Part shown: piece by piece, positions 11,014 through 23,112 of the stretch
Layout of the letters: every line of letters starts with the position of its first letter
Position numbering within the stretch: position 1 is the stretch's first letter
From: a virus
Taxonomy: Duplodnaviria; Heunggongvirae; Uroviricota; Caudoviricetes
Length of the DNA: 64,000 nt
IMG/VR virus record: IMGVR_UViG_3300009784_000001
Coordinates: 246,418-310,417 of that record
Direction: 5' to 3' (one strand)
The notes under the pieces: generated by a model
Databases searched by the model: none
The model's input: the letters and a program-made list of their open reading frames with translations, nothing else
What the model was told of the DNA's origin: nothing
Made by a program: the position numbers and the translations under genes

Positions 11014-11346
11014 ATGGGATGTAATTGTAAGGGGGTCGAAAAAGCTCAAAAAATTGAAAGAATATTTAAAAATCATGCGACTAATATTAAACCAAAAGAG
11101 AATGTTGAAAAAGAAGGAGTGACTTTATTTTCAATTATAAGTAAATTGTTTGAAGTTATTGGAAAATTTATTTTTACTTCAATAATTGCAATATTAGTAT
11201 TTATAATATTGATTCCTGTTTTATTATTCATAAGTATATGGAATATTTTTTCAAAAAAGGAGTTAACAGTTAAACTTCCAATATATTGGTTTAAAAAATA
11301 TAAAAAATTAGCAGATAATGTAGAATTCAATGTCAGAGATAAATAA
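11014..11346 (+). CDS. Small membrane protein starting MGCNCK
   Basis: Long hydrophobic segment, lies within the structural operon. Confidence 0.7.
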   Translation: MGCNCKGVEKAQKIERIFKNHATNIKPKENVEKEGVTLFSIISKLFEVIGKFIFTSIIAILVFIILIPVLLFISIWNIFSKKELTVKLPIYWFKKYKKLADNVEFNVRDK

Positions 11347-14300
11347 TAAATCATATAGAATAAAGGTAAAGTCAAATGCCACAGAAAGTTCTAAAATTTC
11401 TGTTAAATTGGATAGAGATTATAGTTTTATTGAAATTTTATCATTAAAAATTAATCAAGAAGATTTTTATAAATTATATACATCAGATTATGGAATAGTT
11501 GTTGGTAGAGTTCAAGCTAATGGGGGGATTGGTGTAGAAAATGCTAAAATATCAGTCTTTATTCCTGCTGATAGTACAACTTTTAATGATCTTGAAAAAT
11601 ATCTTATTTATCCTTACACTACATTACAAACAAAAGATATAAATAATATTCGTTATAATTTATTACCAAGTACTAAATTAAATGATTGCTATCAAGTAAT
11701 TGGAACATTTCCTAGTAAAAGATTTGTTTTAGACAATAATAGTGTTCTTGAAATTTTTGATGAATATTATAAGTATACAACAGTTACTAATAAAGCAGGA
11801 GATTATATGATATATGGTCTTCCTGTTAATAATAATTTATTACATGTTGATATAGATTTAAGTGACATTGGTATTTTATCACAAAAACCTCGTGATATGT
11901 TTTACAAGGGATATAATGTGGAACAGTTTCAATCTTCAACCCAATTTAAGACAGATAGTAATTTAAATAATTTAACACAAATTATAAGTCAGGATCAAAA
12001 TGTATTTGTATATCCATTTTGGGGAGATGAGAGTGAAACTAATGTTGCTATTACAAGATGTGATATAAATATTCAGTATAAATTTGAACCTACATGTATT
12101 TTTATGGGTTCTATCTTTACTGATACACAAGAAGCTGGAATATTAAAAAATTGCAAAGTACAAAAAGCTGTTGGAAGAATGTCTTCATTAACTACAGGAG
12201 AAGGTAAAATTGAAATGATAAGGAAAACTTTTGATGGTATTATTGAGGAGTTTCAAATTAAAGGAAATAGATTAATAGATGGTGATGGGGTTTTTTGTTA
12301 TCAAATACCAATGAATTTAGATTATGTAACAACTGATGAGTTTGGTAATTTGATTCCAACTGATAATCCAAATAAAGGTATTCCAACAAGAGCAGAAGTT
12401 AGATTTAGACTTTCATTAGATAATGTTGGTGATGAAGGATTTAGTAAAAAAAGAGGAGAATTTTTAATTCCACATAATCCACAAATTCAAAACGAAATTG
12501 ATTTTAATTTTGGAGTTACTACAAAAGATACTAGTTTCGTCAATTTATTTTGGAATAAAGTATATAGTGTTAAATCATATATTCCAAGGTTACAATTAAT
12601 AAATAGTTATCGTAATAGAGAATTTATTGGGATTAAAACAATTAATGATTATGGTCAAAATAATCCATTTCCATACAATACTGTTTATATAACAATGCCT
12701 ATTGCATTTAATATATTATGTTTATTAACAGACTTTGTAATTAATATTGTTTCAGTTTTAAATAAATTTTTAAGTTGGCTTCATAACTTAGGATTTTTGG
12801 GAGTTCATCCTTTTCGATCAGTTAATTGTATTAGTGTAGGTAGTGGTTGGTGTACTTATCTTGATCAAACATTATATCCTGGCTGTTATGGAAATGCAGC
12901 AAGAGGAAAATATACAAATACGGATGTTATTAGAGATTGTGTAACAACAAGTTTGGCTGATGATTTTAATGTATATAATTTTGACTTTGGTAATGATTGG
13001 GTAAATGGCTCAATTTATTCACCTTTATTTCAAACAAAAATAAAGAAAAAGAAAAAAAGAAGATTTTTAGGATTATTTGGTTCTAGAGTTATAAGTGAAA
13101 CTCTTACATTTTGTGGTTTATATAATAATGATGTAAGTGCTGCTACAAATAGCGGATTTTGGCTGTGGAGTAGAGGTGCTGGTAATGTTCGTTTACTTAG
13201 CAATTGTATTGTTAAATTAATTAGTAGTGGTGATAGCTGGTCTTATTCAGCCAATTCAAATTCTGATTGTAAAAATAATAATTGTTATAAACAAAGTGGT
13301 AATTTTCCAATAGGTCAGGGATATATTAATCAAGTAACAGATGAAAATAATAATATACATTATTATTATATTCCAGCAATTATGAGAACTAATAATGGTA
13401 ATCCTTATCCTGTTCTTTTATATACTATTGATGTTATATTATTAGGTTCAATGAATGATTGTGATATAGATGGTATATTTCCATTACATAAATTTTTACC
13501 TTCAACAACATATCAATTACCTTCTCCAATGTATGATACTGGTCAAAATGTTGAACAAAGTGATGACCCAAATGATCCAACTAACACAGGTACTAATACT
13601 TCAACCTACACAGAAGCAGCAGGTATAAATTGGGGAAGAAATGGGGGACATAGAGGAGATGATCAAGTAACAACAAGTGGTATTAATGGAAGAAAATATG
13701 AGCAAAGTTCTGGCGGGTTGTTTATGGGAATTGGATGTACAGGATCAGATACATATCCAAAGTCTTGTTTTAATGTTACTAGAATATGTGAAGTTGGTGT
13801 ATCATTGGATGAATCTGATATTGAATTTAATAGTTGTAATACTGATGGTATTGTAATTGCGCCTGATGGCTGGATTTTGAAAAAAAATGAATTAATTCAA
13901 TCTGAAGTTAGACAGATGTTTGCTACTTTAAATTCTATACCATTATATAATAGAACAAATGAAAAAAATAATATTATTTCTATTTCAGGTAAATATTTTT
14001 ATAATTTTAAATATTATTATCCTGAAAATTTTGATGGAAAATTAAAATATTTTATAAGTAATTCTGCTATTACTCAAGTTAATTATGTTAATGAAATTAA
14101 AAATTCAGATTATATGGATTTTAGGTTTGGAACTAATTCTAGCCAATTACAATATTATTCTCCAATAGATTATACTTTACCTAGATATATAAATTCTTTT
14201 TATTTTTATTTTGGAATAAGACCTGGTAAAACAGCAATAGATAAATTTAGAAGTGGATTTTATAGTGAATGTGTTTCGATTGTAAAACCTCCTTTTATTG

Positions 14301-17300
14301 TTCAACCTAGAGTTTTGAATGGAGCATTAATTTGCGCTTGTGATAGCAGTAAAGTAATTCCTGTTATAATTAGCATTAATATAAGAGAATTTATTGGAAG
14401 TTATTCAATTCAATTAGAGGATATGTTTGGAACTTTATATCCATTAACTCCTACTCCTTCACCAGAACTAAGAAAAACAAATTTAATAATAAGTTCAAGT
14501 CCAACATATTCTCCTCAAGATTTTTATAGTACTATTTTAGCAAATGGCGGCTTTTTTTATTTAACAATTAAAGATGAGAATGGTGTTAATGTTAGAAGAG
14601 AAATAAATATTCCTGTTTTTGGGATTGTTAATTTTGATTATACAACGGAATCTATTACAAATAATACAGGTGATGATCCTAATAATTATATTGGTCATCA
14701 AACTTCTCTTAATTTATTGAATAAGGGAAAAATAAATATATCTAATTTGAGTGATATTGCTGAAAAAGGATGTCTTCTGAAAAATTATACTTTATCAATT
14801 ACAAGACAAGTTAGAACTGGTACAGATCCTAACACAGGTGGACCGACTTTTGGTCTTCCCTCTACTAAAATTTATAATAGTAGTGATCCTGATTGGTTAG
14901 CAATAGCTAATTATTTTGATACTGGCGCAATATCAACAAGTGGTAATGTATTTAGAATTGTAAGTGGGGGTTCAGGATATACAGCAGGAACAGTTAATAT
15001 TATTCAAGGAACAAATTCAACAGCAACAGCAACAATAACAGTAAATAGTGGGATTATACAAACTGTTACAGTTGTAAGTGGGGGTTCAGGATATACAGCA
15101 GGAACAGTTAATATTATTCAAGGAACAAATTCAACAGCAACAGGAGTACTTAATGAACCACATAGTTTTACAATATATCTTTGGGATGGTAATTATACTA
15201 TAATATTACAAAATAATTATAATTGTCCTTCTTCTTGTCCATGCAAAAATGATTCTAAAGAAATAAATGAAGTTTTTGATGTTGTTCCTCCAATTGAATT
15301 AATAATTGGTGATAGTAATATACGTGCTAAATATTTAACAATTAATAATATATCTTCTGGTTTTGATATATGGTGGCAGAATTTTTATCAATATTTAACA
15401 GGTGGAGATATTACTCTTAATACCTTAAAAAGTTATTATAATGATGAAATGATAACAAGTGAAAATATGGCAGATATAAAGCAAGCATTACAAAACACTT
15501 TTATTAGTTATTGTTCTAATATAAGTATACATTTGACAGGTTTGGGTACTAGACCAGTTTACAAGACTTATTTATTTGGAAAAACTGCTATTATTCCCAT
15601 AATATCAATTGATTATGGAGGAACTGGTTATACAACAGGAATTGCTGATATTATTCAAAATGGTAATGATTCAAGTGAAAATATTATGATAGTGAATATA
15701 ACTGCTATTTCTGGAGCGATAACACAAGTAACTTCAATTAATACTTATGGGCTTGATTATGTTAATACAACTCTTGATGGTTTAAATCCAATTTCATTTC
15801 GACAAGATGGTTCTGGTAATAATGCAACTGGTAAAATTAATGCTCCTCAAGCACAAGATTTCTTGAATAATAATAGTAATCCTTTTCCTGTAATGACAAA
15901 TGAAAGTGCATTGGATGGTACAAGTCAAGTTGTTTTTACATGTAGAAGATTAATAGTAAATGGTAGTAATCTTACTCTTCCTACTGGGTATAAAATGGGT
16001 GGTTATTTTGCAGGAATTATAGGAAATAATGGAGATGGAAATGCATGGAATGATAATTTTAATCAATATGTTTTTGATTACAGAAATAATTTTCCTGTAC
16101 CTGGTAGTGAAAATGATAATGCAATTGATATATTTAATTTGTATGCTATAAACTCTAATAATTGGAGTACTGATCCTTCTACTTATACATTTCCATATAA
16201 AAATTTTGTTTATTTTCAATTATTTGATAGACAATTGAAATTTTATTTGCCATTGTGTAGAATAACAACTAGTAAAACTAATTATTATCTTTATTCTATT
16301 GATTCAAGTACACCTGTTATTCCTATAAATATAGAAACTTATGCCAGTTTTATATATTTTAATGGAGCAGTTTATGATATTAATGGTCATGTTATAAATG
16401 ATGATGGTCATGGAAATAGTACTTTATCTTTTGTTTATGATGATAGTGGTGGAACTGATGCCAATCCAGTTTTTAATTTTGTTGCACAGGTATCTCCTAA
16501 TTTAACAGGTTTTTCAATGGAGAATACTAATAGTCCAGGTATTTTTTTGTTTGGGACTACTTCTCAAACTTTACCAAGTATAAGAGGGTTTAATACAATT
16601 TTTGGGCAAAATATAATGCCATTAGTTTATAATTTTACTATAATAGATGAATATAATGATTGTGAAGATATTACTATTAGTATAAATACTGTTTTTGATT
16701 TAATAAATTCAAAAATATTAGTAATAGATAGTGGTACAAATGATAGTATTCCTAATATTAGCAATACTGCTACATTTACAGTTACAACATTACCACTTAT
16801 TACTAGTACTTTTTATCTAATTAATGCCAGTACAGTTAATTTATTGCCAGAGAAAATTTTATATCCAGATAATACTTTTCCTTTAACAGGTACTATTAAT
16901 TCAGATCCAAGTAAAGTTTATTTTAACTCATTGGATGTTGTTGAGGCAATTTATTCTGATCTAATGCCAACACCACCAAATAGTCATTTTATTGATAGAT
17001 TACCAGAAAGAATTTTAACAAATACAGGTATAACAAATAAAATTTATGTTAAGAAGCCTGGAACTGTAACAGATAATATTAATGGAAATGTTACTTATAG
17101 TGAATCTGGCATGACTGATATGTATTATGTAATTGCGGTTAAAGATGATTCAGTGAGAACTTTTTCACAACCTATTAATTTATCGTATAATAGAATTGAA
17201 CTAGATTTGCCATTTGTTGATAGTGATATAAAAGTAAATTTTGTAGGTTATTCCATTTTACAAAGTTTTGGATATACCTTTAAATTACATAAAGGTAATT

Positions 17301-18343
17301 ATAACCTAAATTATACTACTATAGAAGCAGATGACTTTTTTATTGCTGATTCCAGTTTTACTGAAATTGTACAACTAGTAACAAATGATAACACTTATAC
17401 ATTTAATAATGTAAGTGTAGATACAACAGATCCAACTAAAATAATTAGAATATCTGTTTCAAATGTATTAGGAGTTACTCATATCCTTTATACAAGTATG
17501 TTTAAAGGAATTTCTCCAAATGATGAAATTGCATGTGCATTATGTAATAGTACTGGGGAAAGAACTTATGGAACTAGACCTATTGGAAGTACTAATGTTC
17601 CAACTTCTTTTGTATATTATACTGCAAGTTTAGATTTTATTGGTAGTATTCAATTAAATTCTGATAAAACTTTAAAAGGCGAACCAGTTACAAGTGGAAC
17701 GATAACAAAAGATGAGTTTTTAGGATTAGGTATAGGTGATGAAAGTAAACTGCCTGATTGCTGTGATTGTGATCCTGTATTATCATCATTAAGTATTTCC
17801 TCAACCCCAAATACTTTTACTCCTGCGTTTAATTCAAATACTTTTGCCTATACAGCAACTTATACTACAAGACCAAGTGGAAATGCAACTGCAACTGCTG
17901 TTATTGATACTACAGTTAGTTCCCCAACAATAGGACAGGTTACAAATATTACAGTAAATAATCCTTCAAATGTTGGATATACAACAGCACCAATAGTTAC
18001 AATATCAGCACCAGGTGGAGTAGGGAATGTAACAGCAACATCAACTGCTGTTATTGATACAGTTTCAACATCTCCAACTTATGGTCAAATTACAGCTATA
18101 AATATAACAAATCATGGATCTGGTTATACATCAGCACCAAATGTTACAATATCAGGTGGAGGATATCTTATTAATATTAATGCAACTATTTCAAATAATA
18201 ATTGTTATGAAATAGTAAGTGGGACAGGACAACAATCAATTACTTCAAATTCTCAACAACTTCAAGTAATTGTTCGCATTAAAGATGATGTTCCTGTTAT
18301 TAGTAATACTTATGTAATTACAGTAGTTTCTAATTTTTTATAA
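11330..18343 (+). CDS. Very large virion (baseplate/tail) protein, 2337 aa
   Basis: Open 7-kb ORF in the baseplate operon; beta-rich, G-x-GYT repeats, C-terminal cadherin-like segment (LSSLSIS..FTPAFNSNTFAY). Confidence 0.7.
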   Translation: MSEINNKSYRIKVKSNATESSKISVKLDRDYSFIEILSLKINQEDFYKLYTSDYGIVVGRVQANGGIGVENAKISVFIPADSTTFNDLEKYLIYPYTTLQTKDINNIRYNLLPSTKLNDCYQVIGTFPSKRFVLDNNSVLEIFDEYYKYTTVTNKAGDYMIYGLPVNNNLLHVDIDLSDIGILSQKPRDMFYKGYNVEQFQSSTQFKTDSNLNNLTQIISQDQNVFVYPFWGDESETNVAITRCDINIQYKFEPTCIFMGSIFTDTQEAGILKNCKVQKAVGRMSSLTTGEGKIEMIRKTFDGIIEEFQIKGNRLIDGDGVFCYQIPMNLDYVTTDEFGNLIPTDNPNKGIPTRAEVRFRLSLDNVGDEGFSKKRGEFLIPHNPQIQNEIDFNFGVTTKDTSFVNLFWNKVYSVKSYIPRLQLINSYRNREFIGIKTINDYGQNNPFPYNTVYITMPIAFNILCLLTDFVINIVSVLNKFLSWLHNLGFLGVHPFRSVNCISVGSGWCTYLDQTLYPGCYGNAARGKYTNTDVIRDCVTTSLADDFNVYNFDFGNDWVNGSIYSPLFQTKIKKKKKRRFLGLFGSRVISETLTFCGLYNNDVSAATNSGFWLWSRGAGNVRLLSNCIVKLISSGDSWSYSANSNSDCKNNNCYKQSGNFPIGQGYINQVTDENNNIHYYYIPAIMRTNNGNPYPVLLYTIDVILLGSMNDCDIDGIFPLHKFLPSTTYQLPSPMYDTGQNVEQSDDPNDPTNTGTNTSTYTEAAGINWGRNGGHRGDDQVTTSGINGRKYEQSSGGLFMGIGCTGSDTYPKSCFNVTRICEVGVSLDESDIEFNSCNTDGIVIAPDGWILKKNELIQSEVRQMFATLNSIPLYNRTNEKNNIISISGKYFYNFKYYYPENFDGKLKYFISNSAITQVNYVNEIKNSDYMDFRFGTNSSQLQYYSPIDYTLPRYINSFYFYFGIRPGKTAIDKFRSGFYSECVSIVKPPFIVQPRVLNGALICACDSSKVIPVIISINIREFIGSYSIQLEDMFGTLYPLTPTPSPELRKTNLIISSSPTYSPQDFYSTILANGGFFYLTIKDENGVNVRREINIPVFGIVNFDYTTESITNNTGDDPNNYIGHQTSLNLLNKGKINISNLSDIAEKGCLLKNYTLSITRQVRTGTDPNTGGPTFGLPSTKIYNSSDPDWLAIANYFDTGAISTSGNVFRIVSGGSGYTAGTVNIIQGTNSTATATITVNSGIIQTVTVVSGGSGYTAGTVNIIQGTNSTATGVLNEPHSFTIYLWDGNYTIILQNNYNCPSSCPCKNDSKEINEVFDVVPPIELIIGDSNIRAKYLTINNISSGFDIWWQNFYQYLTGGDITLNTLKSYYNDEMITSENMADIKQALQNTFISYCSNISIHLTGLGTRPVYKTYLFGKTAIIPIISIDYGGTGYTTGIADIIQNGNDSSENIMIVNITAISGAITQVTSINTYGLDYVNTTLDGLNPISFRQDGSGNNATGKINAPQAQDFLNNNSNPFPVMTNESALDGTSQVVFTCRRLIVNGSNLTLPTGYKMGGYFAGIIGNNGDGNAWNDNFNQYVFDYRNNFPVPGSENDNAIDIFNLYAINSNNWSTDPSTYTFPYKNFVYFQLFDRQLKFYLPLCRITTSKTNYYLYSIDSSTPVIPINIETYASFIYFNGAVYDINGHVINDDGHGNSTLSFVYDDSGGTDANPVFNFVAQVSPNLTGFSMENTNSPGIFLFGTTSQTLPSIRGFNTIFGQNIMPLVYNFTIIDEYNDCEDITISINTVFDLINSKILVIDSGTNDSIPNISNTATFTVTTLPLITSTFYLINASTVNLLPEKILYPDNTFPLTGTINSDPSKVYFNSLDVVEAIYSDLMPTPPNSHFIDRLPERILTNTGITNKIYVKKPGTVTDNINGNVTYSESGMTDMYYVIAVKDDSVRTFSQPINLSYNRIELDLPFVDSDIKVNFVGYSILQSFGYTFKLHKGNYNLNYTTIEADDFFIADSSFTEIVQLVTNDNTYTFNNVSVDTTDPTKIIRISVSNVLGVTHILYTSMFKGISPNDEIACALCNSTGERTYGTRPIGSTNVPTSFVYYTASLDFIGSIQLNSDKTLKGEPVTSGTITKDEFLGLGIGDESKLPDCCDCDPVLSSLSISSTPNTFTPAFNSNTFAYTATYTTRPSGNATATAVIDTTVSSPTIGQVTNITVNNPSNVGYTTAPIVTISAPGGVGNVTATSTAVIDTVSTSPTYGQITAINITNHGSGYTSAPNVTISGGGYLININATISNNNCYEIVSGTGQQSITSNSQQLQVIVRIKDDVPVISNTYVITVVSNFL
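14958..15143 (+). repeat. Perfect 72-bp direct repeat (14958-15029 and 15072-15143) encoding VSGGSGYTAGTVNIIQGTNSTAT
   Basis: Identical nucleotide strings 114 bp apart. Confidence 0.95.
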
Positions 18344-18370
18344 AATAATCTAAATATATTTATGTAAGAA

Positions 18371-20977
18371 ATGGAAATATTATTACCAACAGCAACCTCA
18401 ATAACTTCTCCTTTAAGTGATATGCAAATGGGTATATCACTTAATAGGGATTATAATGTAATTGATGAATTTGATATAAAAAATACAATTAATTTATATG
18501 ATCAATATGTAAAAGAAAGAAATGATTGTACATTATATAGATTAATTCTTACTATTGATCCTGTTTGTACCAATGTTTTATTTAATCCAGTAACTATTGT
18601 ATTAGATAAAAATAAAAATAGATTAGAAGATAAACCTATTTTATCTGGAACTACTGTTATTGGAGTTAATGATTATAATTATGTTACAGATGCAGTTTAT
18701 TGTCCATCTAATAATCAAACTTCAAATCCTAATATTTCAGCAAAAAAACCATATACTTATTATTGTGGATATAATATATTTGATAATTATTTATTTAGGA
18801 CAGAATTATTTAAAAGAGCAATAAAATTAGATGATATATCAAATAATTTATATGTTTATATAATGGATGATATTATATCATTTCCATCTGCTATTACTAA
18901 TTCTTTAATTGAATATGATGGTTGGGTTGGTTTTAGAAATCCATCAAAAATAATAACATATACTCAAGCTACTTCAACTTCTCCTTATACAAAAGAAACT
19001 TCTGCCCTTTCTTTTTTAGTGAATAAGAATAATTGTGATATAATTGATATGTTTCCAACTCGTGAAATGTTTTCATTTAATCCAATTGTTAGTGGTGAAA
19101 GTACTAATGGATTTTCGATGGAATATAATTGGAATTATATAATAACATATCCATTTGAATCATATTATGATCATTTTCTTGTTCAGAGTGATAATATAAA
19201 TGGTATTCCAATATTATATGTTTCTTTTTTGAGTGTTGGTGATACAGGGAATACATTTTCTATTCCAGTTTTACAAATTCAAACAGCATATAATAATGGT
19301 TTAAATTTTGATGATACAATTGAAATTGAAACTCAAACAATAAAGAGAACATATAAAGTAACAAAAATAATAGATAGTTATACTTTTAATGTAAGAAATG
19401 ATAATGTTTTAACCTTAACAGATTTTAATAAAAGTAGATTAAGAAGGATAGTTAGTGGTATAAGGAGTGAATATTATATTAGAAAATTTAGAAAACTTCC
19501 AAATTGGAAATTTGAATCAGAAGAGATTACTTTGAATAATATTGATGATAAATTAGGAAGTAATAATATTAATTTTACAAATTCATCATATGGTTTATCA
19601 TTTGCTAGTAATATATATGATGATAAAATAAATCAAACAGTATTTACAGATAGTTTAGACATAAAATATTTAACAGATAATCTTGGAAGACCATTAACTG
19701 AATTATATTTAACAATTATAAAGAATAGTGATAAAAATGCTACTTATCAACAATATTGGGGTGATATTTCTTCTGGCTTTGAATTACAGGATTTAATTGA
19801 TAATAATTTATGGTTTTCACCTGCTGATTTAAATACTTTTATAAGTAATTATCCTTCTATTTTTTATTTACATAATTTACAAAAAAATGGAGGAAGTAAT
19901 GTAGTTCTTCCAAGTTTGACTGCATCATTACCTTATATTTTAAGTGTTAATACTATAACTGTAAATACAGATACTACACAACCTATTTTAAAATTTCCAG
20001 TTTCTCCTAATTCGTTAGATTCTAATGTTAATGATATTGAAATATCTGGTGACATTGTTGAATTTAATAAGTATACAATGAATGAAATTGTATTAGCCCC
20101 TGTTATGTACAGATTTAATACTGCAACTAGAGAAAGTTTTGATGAAAGAGATAGAGTAATTAAATTTCATGAAATATATCAAGATGACAATGATAAAGGG
20201 TTAGATTCTAGTGGACATACACAATTAACTTTTCAATATGATGCTTTAGGTGGAAGATATTTTTCCAATACTATTAATAGAGATTGTGATGGAACTGGTA
20301 CATCTTCAAATTATTTTATATACAGAGGATTATTAAATGTCGGTCCAAGACCAGAGGGGTATTATTATCAAGCACATAATAGAATACCATTAAAAAATTG
20401 GTCAAATAATTTAAATCAAACTTCTTTTGCTTTGATAGATTTTAGTGAAATGAATGAAGAAGATTATTCATGGGTTAGAAATGGTACTTCTAATAGTTTA
20501 AAACAGATATGTTTTATTACAATTGCTATACATCATTTAATTTCTGAAGATTTAGTTAGAATAGAATGGGATTATAATAATAAGCATTATGATAAGATAT
20601 TTACAGTTAGAATTGATCTTAAAGATAAATATAAATTTTTGATTTTGTATGATGATACTTTATATAATGGAACTAATGTTCAAGTGAGATATTTTAGCTT
20701 AGATGTTCCTTCTTATTCTCAACATATTGGTAATGGAAGATATGTTTGGAAAAACATATTAGTAGAAGGTGAAAGAGAAGATATAAATACAACTTCTCTT
20801 GAACATGTTTTCACTAATGGTCATCTTTATCTTGATAGTAATATTAAATTTTATTTGAAAAGACAAGACCCATTTGGAGAACATGGAATGATTTATACTG
20901 AATTTCCAAATGATATATATGGAGATAAAATTAATCTTGAAAATTCTATTTATAATCAAGTAAATGAGCAATGTTAA
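18371..20977 (+). CDS. Putative virion structural protein
   Basis: 868-aa ORF in the structural operon. Confidence 0.6.
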   Translation: MEILLPTATSITSPLSDMQMGISLNRDYNVIDEFDIKNTINLYDQYVKERNDCTLYRLILTIDPVCTNVLFNPVTIVLDKNKNRLEDKPILSGTTVIGVNDYNYVTDAVYCPSNNQTSNPNISAKKPYTYYCGYNIFDNYLFRTELFKRAIKLDDISNNLYVYIMDDIISFPSAITNSLIEYDGWVGFRNPSKIITYTQATSTSPYTKETSALSFLVNKNNCDIIDMFPTREMFSFNPIVSGESTNGFSMEYNWNYIITYPFESYYDHFLVQSDNINGIPILYVSFLSVGDTGNTFSIPVLQIQTAYNNGLNFDDTIEIETQTIKRTYKVTKIIDSYTFNVRNDNVLTLTDFNKSRLRRIVSGIRSEYYIRKFRKLPNWKFESEEITLNNIDDKLGSNNINFTNSSYGLSFASNIYDDKINQTVFTDSLDIKYLTDNLGRPLTELYLTIIKNSDKNATYQQYWGDISSGFELQDLIDNNLWFSPADLNTFISNYPSIFYLHNLQKNGGSNVVLPSLTASLPYILSVNTITVNTDTTQPILKFPVSPNSLDSNVNDIEISGDIVEFNKYTMNEIVLAPVMYRFNTATRESFDERDRVIKFHEIYQDDNDKGLDSSGHTQLTFQYDALGGRYFSNTINRDCDGTGTSSNYFIYRGLLNVGPRPEGYYYQAHNRIPLKNWSNNLNQTSFALIDFSEMNEEDYSWVRNGTSNSLKQICFITIAIHHLISEDLVRIEWDYNNKHYDKIFTVRIDLKDKYKFLILYDDTLYNGTNVQVRYFSLDVPSYSQHIGNGRYVWKNILVEGEREDINTTSLEHVFTNGHLYLDSNIKFYLKRQDPFGEHGMIYTEFPNDIYGDKINLENSIYNQVNEQC

Positions 20978-20980
20978 TAT

Positions 20981-23107
20981 ATGGAAAGATATACAATAAA
21001 TAATTCAAATCCTCAAATAGAAATTAAAATTTATAATTTATTATTATATTATAATAATATAGATTATAATTTTTTTGAATTTTATTTAACTGCACCACAT
21101 TTATTAGTTGATAATACATTAATTAATGTTACTGATGAGGATAATATTGATGTTGCTTTAAATACTTCTGTATATTTAAGAAATCAGATAAAAATAGGTA
21201 TTAATGTTAATTTTGTATTAAAATGGAGATATATTGATGACAGTAATGAATGGCAAGACATAGGAACTGTTACATCAACACTAGTAGTAAATCATATATT
21301 ACCTGATTATGATTATATAAGTACTTTTTCAGATTATAGCATAGATTATCAAATAAATAATGGAATTGTTCAAATTAAAGAAACTCATAGTAATATATGG
21401 CAAAATTTAATAGATGTATCAGAAATAAATGCAATTGCTTCAAGTGGGACATTTTTATCTAAAAACTCTAATATAAGAAATGTACCTATTAATGATACTT
21501 ATTTAAGAATTTTTTCATTTGATTTAAATAGAGAAGTTAATATATTAAAAAGAGGATATAATGATGATAAAAGTGATTATATATTTACCACTGATTATTT
21601 CATGGATATTAATAATATATTTCTTGCTCAATTAAAAACAGGAGATAAATTAATAGCAACTTTAATACCAGATTTTTTAGACCCTGATTCTTTATTTTTA
21701 CCTAGTCTTACTGATCCAGATGGTTCAATTCCTTTAATGAATGAATATTGGATGAATCAGGATTGGTTTAATTCAAATATTGCAAGTTCTATTGAAGAAG
21801 GAAAAACATATAAAGTTATCCAAGGCAGTATAGTTTATAATGGAAATACTTATACTATAAATCAATTATTTCAAGGAACAAGTAATTCTTCTTTTGATTC
21901 ATTTTCAACAGATGCAGTAGTATATATTGTTAATAATCCAGATAATTTATATAATATAAGTGCAGATCCTGTTTCATTACTTCCTGCTCAAGAAATAGAA
22001 ACTGTTATTGTAAATGTTGATCCTCCTTGTGAAAGTGATTTATTTTACACTTTTACTATAACAAATTTAGCAGTATTAAATATTTTACCTGAAAATATTG
22101 ATATATTATATAAAGAAATAGATTTAAATACAGTTCATTTTTGGAAGGAATTTGGAAGTTATCAAATTGGAATTAATATGGAAACTAATTTCTCTATTAA
22201 TGTACAACAAAGTGATTTGATTGATAGAGATTTTTTTGAAGCTGAAATAGCAAAAGTTATAAATCCAATTATTGATAATGAAAGAATAAGATTTGAACCA
22301 TATTATCCTGATACTTCTCAACCTAGTGGATTTAGGAAGATAAATTGTATTAATTTTAGGTTAAAATTTGATGATGGTGATACAACTTATCCAAATACAA
22401 CAAAATGGGGTAGTTCTATTTTAAATTTTACAGATGAAGATGTTAAATATCAGAAATTGAGATTAAAAAATACATTTCTTAGATTAAGTTATTATAATAT
22501 GCAAAATCCAACTGTTCAATTATTAGAGCATTATAATACTGTTTTTGTTGATACAAATATGATGTATGCTGATTATGTAAATAATCTTAATAATATGAGT
22601 GGTATAAATCCAATAACTAATCAAGCCTTTATTGATGCAACAACAGGTCAACCAACAGGAGGATTTAATACTAGTTTTTATGTTTATAATCCATATATTA
22701 AAGAAATTGTAAGAGATGTCACTAAGAAAATTAATTATTCATATACTGGTTCATCAGAAGGATATTATATTTATCTTTTCGGGCAAGAATATAAAGATTT
22801 GATACCAACTGATATTTTTATGAAGATTGAATTTAATAATGCAATGACAGGAAAAAGGACGTTATTTTTTAATAGATCAACAACTACTGGAAGTCCTCTT
22901 AATAATGTTTTTTTTGATATTCCTGATAGCGTAACCCCTACAAGTTTGAATTTTGTTTATATTAAATTTTCAGTTGTTTATAATAAAATCTTAGACAAAT
23001 TTATATATTATCCAAATTCAAAATATATGGATAATACAGGTAAATGGGGCATATCAGTTAATAATGATATAATGACAATAAGCCTTTTTGAAGCAAATGT
23101 GCAATAA
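20981..23107 (+). CDS. Putative virion structural protein
   Basis: 708-aa ORF in the structural operon. Confidence 0.6.
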   Translation: MERYTINNSNPQIEIKIYNLLLYYNNIDYNFFEFYLTAPHLLVDNTLINVTDEDNIDVALNTSVYLRNQIKIGINVNFVLKWRYIDDSNEWQDIGTVTSTLVVNHILPDYDYISTFSDYSIDYQINNGIVQIKETHSNIWQNLIDVSEINAIASSGTFLSKNSNIRNVPINDTYLRIFSFDLNREVNILKRGYNDDKSDYIFTTDYFMDINNIFLAQLKTGDKLIATLIPDFLDPDSLFLPSLTDPDGSIPLMNEYWMNQDWFNSNIASSIEEGKTYKVIQGSIVYNGNTYTINQLFQGTSNSSFDSFSTDAVVYIVNNPDNLYNISADPVSLLPAQEIETVIVNVDPPCESDLFYTFTITNLAVLNILPENIDILYKEIDLNTVHFWKEFGSYQIGINMETNFSINVQQSDLIDRDFFEAEIAKVINPIIDNERIRFEPYYPDTSQPSGFRKINCINFRLKFDDGDTTYPNTTKWGSSILNFTDEDVKYQKLRLKNTFLRLSYYNMQNPTVQLLEHYNTVFVDTNMMYADYVNNLNNMSGINPITNQAFIDATTGQPTGGFNTSFYVYNPYIKEIVRDVTKKINYSYTGSSEGYYIYLFGQEYKDLIPTDIFMKIEFNNAMTGKRTLFFNRSTTTGSPLNNVFFDIPDSVTPTSLNFVYIKFSVVYNKILDKFIYYPNSKYMDNTGKWGISVNNDIMTISLFEANVQ

Positions 23108-23112
23108 ATCAC

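Noticed and set aside
14978-15101. ATACAGCA inside the G-x-GYT coding repeats
   Set aside because: It encodes Tyr-Thr-Ala and lacks the flanking 8-bp stem; coincidental.
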